Source of the DNA: Candidatus Bathyarchaeia archaeon
GTDB lineage: Archaea > Thermoproteota > Bathyarchaeia > Bathyarchaeales > Bathycorpusculaceae
Assembly: GCA_049516875.1 (NCBI GenBank)
Contig: JBEKSS010000001.1
Location: 384,001-448,000, forward strand
Direction of reading: 5' to 3'
DNA length: 64,000 bases
The notes beneath the pieces are model-generated. The model saw nothing but the letters and a program-made list of their open reading frames with translations, ran no database searches and had not been told where the DNA came from. Below, in pieces: positions 50,626 to 59,919 of the stretch. The position numbers were made by a program, and so were the translations under genes. The stretch's first letter is position 1. Each line of letters opens with the position of its first letter.

Positions 50626-51108
50626 TTAAAAAGATATTCCTACCTCTCCTAAAACTTTGATGTACCCTGATGTTGGTCCCGGAGCGCCTGTCCATTCGAG
50701 ACTGTGCCACATTATTCCTGGTGTCTGCAGACTGAAAGGAATGTTTACCGCTTCTTCGTATCGAGTGGCACTGGCTTTTGCGGGTGCACTTTGAAAGAGC
50801 AGTTGCATGATCAAGTTTAAGCCTGCATCACCGCCTGAAGCAAAAGTAGGGTTGTCTTGCCAAAGCCGTAAAGTGTAGGTTACTGGGTTTGTGGGTTTCA
50901 TGTAGTACGTTATGTCACGTATGTTGCCCGTCCGCAAAGTAGGATGACTGATTTGAGTAGAGGGGACGTATTGACCAAACCAGCGAGTCGGCGGAGTATT
51001 GATGTCTTGACTTGTGTCGAAAAGGTGCCAGTCCCAACCGGTAACAGGATTATACGACCTAAACCAGAAAAGGTCAACCGGTCGTTTGGTGCCGATACTC
51101 AATGCCAT
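50626..51108 (-). CDS. Beta-rich hypothetical protein, putative virion component
   Basis: T/P/W-rich beta-strand pattern; abuts the upstream gene. Confidence 0.6.
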   Translation of the reverse strand: MALSIGTKRPVDLFWFRSYNPVTGWDWHLFDTSQDINTPPTRWFGQYVPSTQISHPTLRTGNIRDITYYMKPTNPVTYTLRLWQDNPTFASGGDAGLNLIMQLLFQSAPAKASATRYEEAVNIPFSLQTPGIMWHSLEWTGAPGPTSGYIKVLGEVGISF

Positions 51109-51636
51109 TCAACCAACTCCTACAGCATCCAAGTACAGAAGACCATTAAGAACTACGGCTGTCACGAAGACGGCGCTGACATTCAGCGGATACGTATATG
51201 GCGTGTTGGCCAATAGGTAATGTCGAACCCGAGTGGCACTGTTGAATTTGACCCAGCAGTTTTGGTTTGCCATCAACGATAACTGTGTTGCCGTGAACAA
51301 AGGTACTGTTGGGTCTGCCTGATGTGCATTGTATCCGATATCATACTCAGTTTCTATAAGCGTAAAAGGAACTTGCGCGTAGTCATCATAAATGAGCGAG
51401 GGAGATGTGGTAGGATTTGATTCCGCTTCCTCAACCGCCCCGCAGTTTCCGTCGACTACGGTCACGCTTTTATTTGCACGGATATCATTCAATGCATGAA
51501 CTCGATAAACACCGGGACTATTCTTTTCCACGTCGTATGGAAAATAGAAAATGAAGATTTCGCCCCAGTCACCTACCGCAATTGCTATCGCAGCTATGCC
51601 GATGCTCCCCACGGGGGGTTTTTGTTTGTAGCTCAT
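51109..51636 (-). CDS. Beta-rich hypothetical protein, putative jelly-roll-like virion component
   Basis: Start MSYKQK after GAGGA; LSLMANQNCWVKFN...SAVFVTAV...GLLYL. Confidence 0.6.
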   Translation of the reverse strand: MSYKQKPPVGSIGIAAIAIAVGDWGEIFIFYFPYDVEKNSPGVYRVHALNDIRANKSVTVVDGNCGAVEEAESNPTTSPSLIYDDYAQVPFTLIETEYDIGYNAHQADPTVPLFTATQLSLMANQNCWVKFNSATRVRHYLLANTPYTYPLNVSAVFVTAVVLNGLLYLDAVGVG

Positions 51637-51675
51637 TGCTTTTCCTCTCGTTCGCTCAAGTGCGCGCACGCGCAC

Positions 51676-52188
51676 CTAAACGGTGAAATCAAACGGATAA
51701 GCTTTTAAGTCTCTTTCAGCCAAATCTGCTGCTGTTGGTTCTTTTTTGCTTCTTGCGCCCTGAAAATCAGGTTTTTGCACGACGTTTCTGATTTCGCCAT
51801 CCCAATGGTCTGAAGTAGTCTCGCCTCCTCTGAAACCGACGATCGCTTTTTGGTCCGTGGTGGCATTATAATTCAAAGCGCGGCCATGCGAAGTTAGCGA
51901 CGGTCTCGAGGGATCCGGAACCCATCGCTCCAAACTGGCGTCTCCATCGACTGATTTCAACTCATTTTGCAAAGGCTGAGGCTGCGTGGCGACTCCTTTT
52001 ACCTGAGGAACAGAATAACTTGCCCAGTCCAACGCAAAAGCCTCATTTGGATTGGCACCAAAAAGTGCAACTGGGCGTGGCTTTTGAGGTTCCAGCCTAG
52101 AAACTGACTGGCCTCTGCTCTGCACTCGGCTAATAGGAGCCTGGAGCCTGGCGCGGATCCGCGCTCGGACAATCTCTATCAATGACAT
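51676..52188 (-). CDS. Hypothetical low-complexity protein ending YPFDFTV
   Basis: GGTGA RBS; basic N-terminus. Confidence 0.65.
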   Translation of the reverse strand: MSLIEIVRARIRARLQAPISRVQSRGQSVSRLEPQKPRPVALFGANPNEAFALDWASYSVPQVKGVATQPQPLQNELKSVDGDASLERWVPDPSRPSLTSHGRALNYNATTDQKAIVGFRGGETTSDHWDGEIRNVVQKPDFQGARSKKEPTAADLAERDLKAYPFDFTV

Positions 52189-52198
52189 TCAAATCACC

Positions 52199-52426
52199 CT
52201 AAAAGGTGAAGTCCCATGGAAGGCGGGCGGTCTGCGGGGGTCTATACGTAAAGTCAAATTTTTCGGTGCCGCCAGGAATTCTAAATTCCATGTCGTAGGC
52301 TTCTTTTTGGCTTGCAGGCACGCGCTGGCTAAAATCGCAAATCTCGTGGTAGCCTGAAGGCATCCGCAGGTTTTTGACTGGGGGCTCGCTGGGAACGCTG
52401 ACCCACTTCCCGTTTACGTTCGCCAT
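52199..52426 (-). CDS. Small hypothetical protein ending LPWDFTF (first gene of the operon)
   Basis: AGGTGA RBS and TTTAAG TATA-like box upstream. Confidence 0.65.
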   Translation of the reverse strand: MANVNGKWVSVPSEPPVKNLRMPSGYHEICDFSQRVPASQKEAYDMEFRIPGGTEKFDFTYRPPQTARLPWDFTF

Positions 52427-52604
52427 GTGGCTCAAAATCTTTCACCTAATCATATTAGCGCGGTTTTGCTACTTAAACTTTGTTTTTTAGGCTCCGTCAA
52501 CGATTTGGACGGCGGGGCAAATCGAATTTTGTCAAAGAACCTTTTGAAACAGTCTGATTTAGGAATACGCCGTATTTGTTAATGGTTTTTGGCAAAAACT
52601 TAAC

Positions 52605-53174
52605 TTGAACGTATTGTTAGTATCTTGTGAGGCGGAATGGGTGGGTAGACACAAAGTCCTCAATAAAGTCGGTGAGTTGCTGGTCAGTTTCATTGACGAG
52701 AACGGTATAAACCACGAATTAATCTCTATTTCGTATCAACAAACGTGCGCGCGCAGAAAAATCGATGCCTCTTTACTGTTTGTTCCCCCAGAGAACACAT
52801 GGAACTCGTGCGCGCGCCCGAAAATCCGAAAAATGGTTATGGGAAAACATGATACGCCCTTTGACAAGGTAATTGGTGAACTCGCCGCCTTCTACAATGA
52901 GAGGGGAAAGTGTATGATTGCTGTGAAGATGAAGCTTGGCGACGGTCGATTGGAAACATGGTTGAATCCGCAAATTCTGGAAAAACTGGGGGAGATAAAA
53001 GCAGCGAGGGACCGAGTCAGCGCGATCGCTAATAACGGCGGGACAGGGCTCAATTTCTTTTCGAAAACCCTGAGAATGCTGGAGGCGGACGCCATTGTCG
53101 ACTTTGGTGAAAGGCCAGAACGCTTGCAAATCGAGTTTGACAACTTTTCTAAGCCTTTTCCTTTGACCTGGTAG
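52605..53174 (+). CDS. Hypothetical protein (true start likely near 52833)
   Basis: The C-terminal 110 aa look protein-like; the 5' part spans GCGCGC motifs. Confidence 0.5.
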   Translation: MNVLLVSCEAEWVGRHKVLNKVGELLVSFIDENGINHELISISYQQTCARRKIDASLLFVPPENTWNSCARPKIRKMVMGKHDTPFDKVIGELAAFYNERGKCMIAVKMKLGDGRLETWLNPQILEKLGEIKAARDRVSAIANNGGTGLNFFSKTLRMLEADAIVDFGERPERLQIEFDNFSKPFPLTW

Positions 53175-53196
53175 TTCCTGAGCTTCTTTTCACTTT

Positions 53197-53688
53197 TCAG
53201 CCTTCTTCTGGCGATTCTGAAGGGTAGTTGAGGCTAAGCATTACCCGGGTTCTCGAGTCCTTCACAACTTCCTTGAGTTTCTTGGCGAAATCCGTTGTTA
53301 GAGCCTTGACCGCGCTCTCTTTCTGTTCTGTCAGTCCGTGCACGGCAACAGTTCCATTTGTTTCTGGCGCTACGTTCTTGAAAAGAAGTATGTCCAAATC
53401 AGCAAAGGAAAAAGAGGTTTTCAATTGTTGTTCCTGTTCCAGAGCCTTTTTATTCAAGACTCCTGGTGGTGTAAGAAAGTATCGCCGACGTTTGCCGACC
53501 AACATGAAGGTCGCCAGTCCCTGGTCCAGGATGGTTGGCAGGTAACAGGCCAAGGTCTTCTTGCTCATTTTTGCTTCTTTTGACAAGTCGTTGAAGCCTA
53601 ATGTTCTATCTTGTTCAGTCGCTTTTGCCAAGGCACCTAATACTCGCAGCGTTGTATCCTGTTGTCTCCATTTTCCCCATTTAGTCAT
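53197..53688 (-). CDS. Winged-helix repressor-like regulator
   Basis: GFNDLSKEAKMSKKTLACYL...RRRYFLTPPG; divergent from the early operon. Confidence 0.8.
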   Translation of the reverse strand: MTKWGKWRQQDTTLRVLGALAKATEQDRTLGFNDLSKEAKMSKKTLACYLPTILDQGLATFMLVGKRRRYFLTPPGVLNKKALEQEQQLKTSFSFADLDILLFKNVAPETNGTVAVHGLTEQKESAVKALTTDFAKKLKEVVKDSRTRVMLSLNYPSESPEEG

Positions 53689-53791
53689 TCTTATCTCCCT
53701 GCATGAATTGGTTTACTTATTTACAATTTAGTTCCTTATGTAAACCGTTTATATAAGCCTTTGCGTAAAGTCTTGACTAAGGTCGTGAAGT
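53689..53791. promoter_or_regulatory. Divergent promoter/operator (genetic switch)
   Basis: GGTTTAC 53710-53716 / GTAAACC 53740-53746 and TTTATATAA 53748-53756. Confidence 0.6.
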
Positions 53792-54022
53792 ATGTCCGAA
53801 AACGAACTTGACGATAAACATGTGATTCTGAAAAGATACAAGCTACGCGTCGCAGGCGCTCAGGGTGCTACAACGGAGATCAGCTTGCCTCCCGACGCAC
53901 TTGCCCGCGAGGCTCGAAGGCTTGGCATAGACGAGAGAGAAGCGGCCAAGAAGCTTATCGGAGTGTGGAAATTCAATTCGTTTCACGGTTTGCATTTAGA
54001 TTTTGAAGTGAAGCAAGGATGA
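53792..54022 (+). CDS. AbrB/SpoVT-like small DNA-binding protein
   Basis: KLRVAG...TTEISLPPD...RRLGI. Confidence 0.6.
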   Translation: MSENELDDKHVILKRYKLRVAGAQGATTEISLPPDALAREARRLGIDEREAAKKLIGVWKFNSFHGLHLDFEVKQG

Positions 54023-54285
54023 TTAAAACAGAAAAAGAGTCCGAGAGCCCTGCAAGGCTCGCGGAGAAAAGCTACGACTTCAAAAGAACATTGTCTTTTC
54101 TAACTGATAGACTTTGCGGTGTCAAGGTTCTTCATGATATAGATTTTCTAAGTTGTGGCAATTGCGTGAGTTGGGCCGGTCGATGCTTGCGAGGAGCCCG
54201 ATACAAGATTGCAGCCGATAGCCCTTGCAGCGAGTTTATTCCAAAAAACCAAGCGACTTTCTCAGCTTTGAGGGTGTCCAGATGA
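54019..54285 (+). CDS. Small Cys-containing hypothetical protein
   Basis: CGNC...C...CSEF; ATGA-coupled to neighbours. Confidence 0.6.
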   Translation: MIKTEKESESPARLAEKSYDFKRTLSFLTDRLCGVKVLHDIDFLSCGNCVSWAGRCLRGARYKIAADSPCSEFIPKNQATFSALRVSR

Positions 54286-54764
54286 GCCAGATTTCTCTGG
54301 ACCAGGCTGCCGTCTACACCAAGCTGTGCGAACTTGACGCTTTGAAGAAACTTGTTGAAGAGCAACGCGCAACGATTGAGGCTTTGAAGGAACGGATCAT
54401 CAAACTGGAAGCCGATGCTGGCGTCACAGAAACAGGTCTGAGCGCAATTGCCGGTGCACTGGAGCTTCGCGGGATCCTCAAAAATGGCGAAGCGGTTGAA
54501 GCTTCCGAAAAAGAGCCCATGGTAGCCGTGAAAGAAGAAACCTTCACATGCTTGACGTTCGAGGACCAGCGGGGTTCGAAGCTCGGGGAGTTTTCAGTCG
54601 CATACAGAGAGAATAATGTCATCGATAAGTGGACGTCAGCCTACAACGTTCTGCAGCAGAGCAATGCTACAATAAAGAGCCGTTACCACGGACCAGGGTA
54701 CGTTCATTCTTACTGGTTGTATGCTGAAAATAGAATCTACCGCCAAAGATTGAAGGGGAGCTGA
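54282..54764 (+). CDS. Coiled-coil hypothetical protein
   Basis: LKKLVEEQRATIEALKERIIKLE; ATGA overlap. Confidence 0.7.
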   Translation: MSQISLDQAAVYTKLCELDALKKLVEEQRATIEALKERIIKLEADAGVTETGLSAIAGALELRGILKNGEAVEASEKEPMVAVKEETFTCLTFEDQRGSKLGEFSVAYRENNVIDKWTSAYNVLQQSNATIKSRYHGPGYVHSYWLYAENRIYRQRLKGS

Positions 54765-54838
54765 CAAAAACGGGCAAACACATTGTCAAAGAATTCACGT
54801 TCGAAAGGCCTAACAAAGAGAATCGACAACTGGAAATC

Positions 54839-57625
54839 GTGAGGGTTGAGGTTGGCCTGGAGAAGGTCGCGCGCGGTTACGAGTTCTATGTTGGAGAGAA
54901 GCGCGTAAAGGTGGGCAGTGTCGAAGCAGATGATTTAGACGCGAAAGCTGTGGCTGAGCAGCTTGGGCTTCCTGTGCCTCCGGATCCTGTAGGCTCTCTT
55001 CATCAAGAAGGGAGCAGGACGATATCAAAAGCAGAGTCATTCGTGTATAAGTTGGCTCTGATATATCGGCTCAGTCCCGAGAAAAAGCTCACCATGCCGG
55101 ACATTACTTGTTCGAGTATTGACGGTCGGAAAGGCGTTTCGATAGATCCAGGCGTTTTTCTGTTGGTTGAGAAGGACAAGTCATGGCGCCTCCAGCTGAT
55201 TGACACTGAAGAGAAATTTGATAGTAGTGAGAATCGTTCGCTCACAGCGGGGTTTCATGTTGGCAGTCTGGACGAATTGAAGAAGGAGGCCGTGTTGAAA
55301 GAAGCGTTGAAACTCTGTTTCAAAACGCAGCTTGTTCCCCTTATCGTTGCCAGGATTGTTGAAGTGATTCAGGCTGAGCCTCAAGAAACGTGGACGGTAT
55401 GCGAAAAAGAGCAGCCAGAGGAAGAAGGGGGACAGGTGAATATTCCCGTTGAACTGCCTACGAGCGAGGCGGTGAGCGACGTTTTCGCCTACCAAGGTGA
55501 CAGAAAATTTAACAGTCGAATCCAGATTAAAAGTTTCGGTTTTCCTCAGAGCAGGTTTCTTGAGCTGGAGTTCTCCTGCAATCGAAGCCGCGAAGACCTG
55601 TGCGCTATATGCACGTTCGAAGGCTACAAGATGAGTCTGAAAGAAAACTTTGATGCTTCAGCCTTCGCCACGTATTTTGACAGCGACAGTCCAAAGGACG
55701 CGTGGAAGATTCTGAAGCAGAACGGGACGGTAGCGGGCTGCGATAAGATTTCAGTTAAAGGTGAAAATGAAACCGCCGTAACCCAAGCCATAGTTAGCGA
55801 TCGACGTGGAAACGAGGCTAAAGCATGGTTTGTCTACGACCATGAAAAATGTGACCTTCGCACATCCCCGAACTGGATATACAGTCAAGGATGGCTTTGC
55901 CGGGGACTGAAGGGACGAATAGGCGTACTGGTAACGGAGTTTCAAGCGGAAAGCGAGGTTATGATGCCTAAGGCAGAAACCGTTGAAGCCTCCAAAGAGT
56001 ATCTGCGTTCAATCAGGACTGAAGACGAAGCCACAGTCTGGAAGGTCGCCAGGGCTCTGCATAAGAAGTCCAACTTGAAAGGATTAGAGGCGACACGCGG
56101 GTTTGTCTCAGACTTGCTCTTCATAGGAGCTCCTGTCTGGACAAAGACTCCGGAAGGCCCTCAAATAATCGGCATGACAAGCCTGGAGTGTGGAGAATCA
56201 ACAACAGCGAAAAGCCAGCGAGAACGAGAAGTCGTTGATTGGCTGAAAGCAGGCAAATATGAGAGTGGAAGAAAAACATCTGCAGGCTTGGCTGCCGGCG
56301 CTGAAAAGATTGAGGGAATAGGCTGGGTTATGCGGAAAGGCCTCTTGCCCTCAGCCGACCTTTCATTCATAATTCTGGACAACATGTTCCCGCACGCGCT
56401 CGACGAACACATTGAAAGTAGACGTAACGGAATCATAGAGCTTTCAACGATCAAGTCATGTGAACTGTGGGGACGGACCAGGCTTAAACTGTTAAGCAAT
56501 CCTGCTATGCCCTTCGACCAGCACCTGCACAAGTGCGTAGCCCTCAAAGTCTACGATTCCAAATTCATAGCACGCTTCACTTTCGTAACCTTCACCTACG
56601 GAGAGAAACCTGACGTCAGATACGATCCGAAGATTGAAGAGTTGTCTGAGAAAGACCAAGCAGTCCTCAACGCAGCGTGGAACGTGCTGAGATGGAACCT
56701 CAGCCAAGAAGTGACTTACACGGTTCCAGTGAAACTATGGCCTAAAATAATGGAGTACAGCAAGCAGCTGGAGCTCACCTTCGGAAACGAGGAGATCCCA
56801 CTTTTCCTCAGGGCAAACCCGCACAAGGTAGCGACGTTAGCCTATTGTTTCGCACTCTTTGAGGGAACCGAACCCACCGAAAGGCACGTTGAGCAAGCCA
56901 ACCAATGGCTGACAGAATGCGGCGTCGACATGGAAATGGACGAATTCACCGAAGAATGGAAAAAAGAACACACACTTTCTGAGGAAGAGTACTCAGGTCT
57001 GAAGCTGGCGATTGAGGCTCAGACATCTTTCGATATGAAAGAGCACGGCGGGGAACTTAGAGACTCGGAGCTCTTCAAGTTTTTCGAATACATAGCGAGA
57101 CGTGGACAGGCTCAAATGGAAGAGATAGCTGCAGCAGCTAGTCTTTCTGATCAGACTGTGAAAAGACGGGCTAAAGAGATGAAGGGGTTGGGTCTGATAC
57201 AGAGTTCGATCAGGGGCTATTTTTTCACTCCAAAGGGCGTCCGCTTCTACAAACGATGGTTACGTGGCCTCAATGGCCCTAATGGCCTCACTTTTAAGGG
57301 TCACAAGCCTTTTGGCGGCGGAAAAGTGCCTGAGACCCCTAAAACCGAGGCCAATGAGGCCATTAAGGCCACGACTGATTTTCTATGGACAAAGGTGCCG
57401 GCAGCTGAGAAGTGCGAGCTATGCGGCCAGTTTGCTGTTGAGTTTGAAATCAACGATACCCGGCAACGGCAGACCGTGAGACGCTGTGAGCCCTGTTTCC
57501 ACAAGATTCGCAGTGAGTACAGAAACGCGGTCTGGAAGGAGACATTGGAACAAGAGCCTAAGAAGGATGATGGATTAGTCAGGGGCTCGGTTGCGGTTCT
57601 CAACGGCACATCTGGGAGGCCATGA
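54839..57625 (+). CDS. Divergent MCM-like AAA+ helicase/replication protein with C-terminal wHTH and zinc ribbon
   Basis: CGESTTAKSQ (Walker A-like), GRKTSAGLAAG, WVMRKGLLPSAD, IILDN, LLSNP, ARF; possible CTG start at 54761. Confidence 0.8.
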   Translation: MRVEVGLEKVARGYEFYVGEKRVKVGSVEADDLDAKAVAEQLGLPVPPDPVGSLHQEGSRTISKAESFVYKLALIYRLSPEKKLTMPDITCSSIDGRKGVSIDPGVFLLVEKDKSWRLQLIDTEEKFDSSENRSLTAGFHVGSLDELKKEAVLKEALKLCFKTQLVPLIVARIVEVIQAEPQETWTVCEKEQPEEEGGQVNIPVELPTSEAVSDVFAYQGDRKFNSRIQIKSFGFPQSRFLELEFSCNRSREDLCAICTFEGYKMSLKENFDASAFATYFDSDSPKDAWKILKQNGTVAGCDKISVKGENETAVTQAIVSDRRGNEAKAWFVYDHEKCDLRTSPNWIYSQGWLCRGLKGRIGVLVTEFQAESEVMMPKAETVEASKEYLRSIRTEDEATVWKVARALHKKSNLKGLEATRGFVSDLLFIGAPVWTKTPEGPQIIGMTSLECGESTTAKSQREREVVDWLKAGKYESGRKTSAGLAAGAEKIEGIGWVMRKGLLPSADLSFIILDNMFPHALDEHIESRRNGIIELSTIKSCELWGRTRLKLLSNPAMPFDQHLHKCVALKVYDSKFIARFTFVTFTYGEKPDVRYDPKIEELSEKDQAVLNAAWNVLRWNLSQEVTYTVPVKLWPKIMEYSKQLELTFGNEEIPLFLRANPHKVATLAYCFALFEGTEPTERHVEQANQWLTECGVDMEMDEFTEEWKKEHTLSEEEYSGLKLAIEAQTSFDMKEHGGELRDSELFKFFEYIARRGQAQMEEIAAAASLSDQTVKRRAKEMKGLGLIQSSIRGYFFTPKGVRFYKRWLRGLNGPNGLTFKGHKPFGGGKVPETPKTEANEAIKATTDFLWTKVPAAEKCELCGQFAVEFEINDTRQRQTVRRCEPCFHKIRSEYRNAVWKETLEQEPKKDDGLVRGSVAVLNGTSGRP
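57265..57371. repeat. Two inverted sets of three 9-bp iteron-like repeats
   Basis: TGGCCTCAA TGGCCCTAA TGGCCTCAC (57265-57291) versus CCGAGGCCA ATGAGGCCA TTAAGGCCA (57345-57371). Confidence 0.8.
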
Positions 57626-57707
57626 CTGTGGAAACGCAAAGACCCCTCCCTAAACAACCTCAGACATTCTTCTCGTGTTTTGAGTCCATTCGAGGTGACA
57701 TACAAGA

Positions 57708-58004
57708 ATGAAGAAATCCAAACTAGAACATGAACCCTTGGAACAGGGGTATGGAAAAGGCGCAGAGGAGCGAAAAATCGTCCCCTCGTCTGTCTTACGA
57801 CGGAAGAAGCAGAAGGTCGAGAAACTATGGTTGATTCAATACTTCGAGGTGCGCAGACATTCCAGAACTTTGTATCTGCCGTTGGATCCGACAACTGTGC
57901 GAATTCACGATATCGAACGCGGCGACATTGTCAAAGCTGTTCTTCTGGCACTTCGCAAAGCGCCACGTCCAGACGAGCCCATAAAGGACCCAGGAGAGCT
58001 CTAA
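57708..58004 (+). CDS. AbrB-like protein
   Basis: RTLYLPLDPTTVRIHDIERGDIVKAVL. Confidence 0.7.
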   Translation: MKKSKLEHEPLEQGYGKGAEERKIVPSSVLRRKKQKVEKLWLIQYFEVRRHSRTLYLPLDPTTVRIHDIERGDIVKAVLLALRKAPRPDEPIKDPGEL

Positions 58005-58006
58005 AC

Positions 58007-58162
58007 ATGAGTGAAAATGCCATAGTTCAGCCTCTCGGAACAAGTAAGAGACTGTCAGTTCCACTGAAGCGCGAGCGGGACTTTGACCCTGAAAAGCAGC
58101 GTGAGCTCAGAATTCGATGTGAGCAGTTAGCCAAAGAAATTCTTGCGAGGAAGAAGAAATGA
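58007..58162 (+). CDS. Small hypothetical protein
   Basis: MSENAIVQPLG...; GGAG upstream; ATGA overlap with the next gene. Confidence 0.5.
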   Translation: MSENAIVQPLGTSKRLSVPLKRERDFDPEKQRELRIRCEQLAKEILARKKK

Positions 58163-58599
58163 CGACTCAACAAGAGACTGGCCATCTTTCCGTCCTTGTT
58201 CAACTGGTCCATGATGACGAGACGCGCCTTGGCTACGCTACGAAAGAACATTTGCTCGACATTTGCCAATTTATAGTGGACTCACAGGGGAAGTTCGGAC
58301 GCATAGAGTATTCTGAGGCCATAAAGACACTCGCACATTATCACCTGGCAAAGCTCGCAAACAACCACAGCTTTCGCAGCACGTGCCGGCGTCTCATCGA
58401 GGCTGAACGTATGAAGCCTTACATTGGCCGCTGTAGGCGCTGTGGTAGGACCATCTCAAACCCGATTAGCCTAGCGACAGGTTACGGTTGTGTGTGCCGA
58501 AGAAAACTCGCGGTCCCGAAACCAGGAGCTGAGCAGGACAAGGTTGAAACCCTCACTTACAAGGAAGCCGCGAAAATTCACAAAAAGTTGAGGTGGTGA
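58159..58599 (+). CDS. DUF6011-like zinc-finger protein
   Basis: CRRCGRTISNPISLATGYGCVC. Confidence 0.75.
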   Translation: MTTQQETGHLSVLVQLVHDDETRLGYATKEHLLDICQFIVDSQGKFGRIEYSEAIKTLAHYHLAKLANNHSFRSTCRRLIEAERMKPYIGRCRRCGRTISNPISLATGYGCVCRRKLAVPKPGAEQDKVETLTYKEAAKIHKKLRW

Positions 58600-58898
58600 A
58601 AATGACTAGACTATCATACTCTAGCATACAAGTGTTCTACAGACGCGCAAAAAGAAATTTCAAGGCGAAGTGCGGTCACAACATCAAAAAAGGCCAATGG
58701 TATCTAGTTGTAAACGATTATGCAATGTACCAATTGTATCACTGGAGCAAATGCTTAGACTGTGTGCTACAACAAAATCCACGCACCCTGGCACGATGCC
58801 TGAAAATAGAGAACGCTGGAACATGGCTTATGGTATCGGCACCTAAGCCGTTGGTGGTCCTGAAACTATTCTCGCTAGTTGGAGGTGAAAAGAAGTGA
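58593..58898 (+). CDS. Small zinc-binding hypothetical protein
   Basis: CGHNIKKGQWY...HWSKCLDC. Confidence 0.65.
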   Translation: MVKMTRLSYSSIQVFYRRAKRNFKAKCGHNIKKGQWYLVVNDYAMYQLYHWSKCLDCVLQQNPRTLARCLKIENAGTWLMVSAPKPLVVLKLFSLVGGEKK

Positions 58899-59362
58899 CT
58901 GAACCATTAGAAATTAAACCGTACAAAAGGCAGAAGATTCATCCGCCATCAGAAAGTACAGCAATATTCGTTAAAGATTTCTTGTTGAAGCATGGTAAGG
59001 GCTATTCATATGGAATGTGGAAAGCTTGGTCTGATCATCTTCACAGCCTCGGGTTCAAAGAACCGAAAATAGAATCGTTCAGAAAATACCTGTGGATTCT
59101 AACCAAACTGGGTTTAATTAGAAAAACCAAGGCGCCATCTTACAAGATACAAAGCCGATTCCTACGCGAATACTATGAGCTGAACCCAAAACAGATAGGC
59201 AATGAAAAAGCATGGGCAAACCCTAGTTTCACTCTTTACGGAGACAAAGCCCGGCTTGGACGTCGCCGATACCGAAAGCGGATCCTCGGTTTGCCTCCCA
59301 AAAAAGTTGGTCGACCGAAGACCAGGTGGGTACAGTCAAATGAGTCTTCAGAGCAATGTTGA
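58895..59362 (+). CDS. Winged-helix DNA-binding protein
   Basis: SFRKYLWILTKLGLIRK...REYYEL; basic tail GRPK. Confidence 0.7.
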   Translation: MTEPLEIKPYKRQKIHPPSESTAIFVKDFLLKHGKGYSYGMWKAWSDHLHSLGFKEPKIESFRKYLWILTKLGLIRKTKAPSYKIQSRFLREYYELNPKQIGNEKAWANPSFTLYGDKARLGRRRYRKRILGLPPKKVGRPKTRWVQSNESSEQC

Positions 59363-59555
59363 GAATCTTAACTTAGCTTCCTATAGGAGTTTGTTACTCT
59401 CTTGAGAGGGCTCTTAACCGTCTTGCCTACTGTAGGCTTTAACAGACTTGAGGATTGAAACACAAAGCCGTCAAGGTGTTACCACGTTCTACGCTCTTAA
59501 CTGGCATGGAAAAAAGATGTGTTACCCACAAGCAGACATGAAGTTAAGATAAAGC

Positions 59556-59828
59556 TTGACTGGCAGGTGTGAGCCATACATGAGACACAATGAATCCAAA
59601 AGAAAGGTGTTAGAGGCCATCTCAGACCTAAAAGAACCAGCCCCGCCAGGTATCGTCGCTGAATGGCTTTCCCTCGAATACAATGTCTCTTTAACTGACC
59701 GGGCTTGTTCCATGGAGTGTTTACGTTTAATGAGACAAGGACTATTGCGTCGTCACCAAGGGCTCTACACTATTTCAGAAAAAGGCGAGCAAAGGCTTCA
59801 GTGGCTTCGTACTAACTGTCAAAGTTAG
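59556..59828 (+). CDS. Small winged-helix protein
   Basis: CLRLMRQGLLRR...YTISEKGEQRL. Confidence 0.7.
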   Translation: MTGRCEPYMRHNESKRKVLEAISDLKEPAPPGIVAEWLSLEYNVSLTDRACSMECLRLMRQGLLRRHQGLYTISEKGEQRLQWLRTNCQS

Positions 59829-59919
59829 CACTACATCTACTGGCTCTTATTCAACGGCATACTCAACCCCACTAGAACAGACTAGGCGCTGCCAGACCAG
59901 AAATTTTATGAAAAACCGA

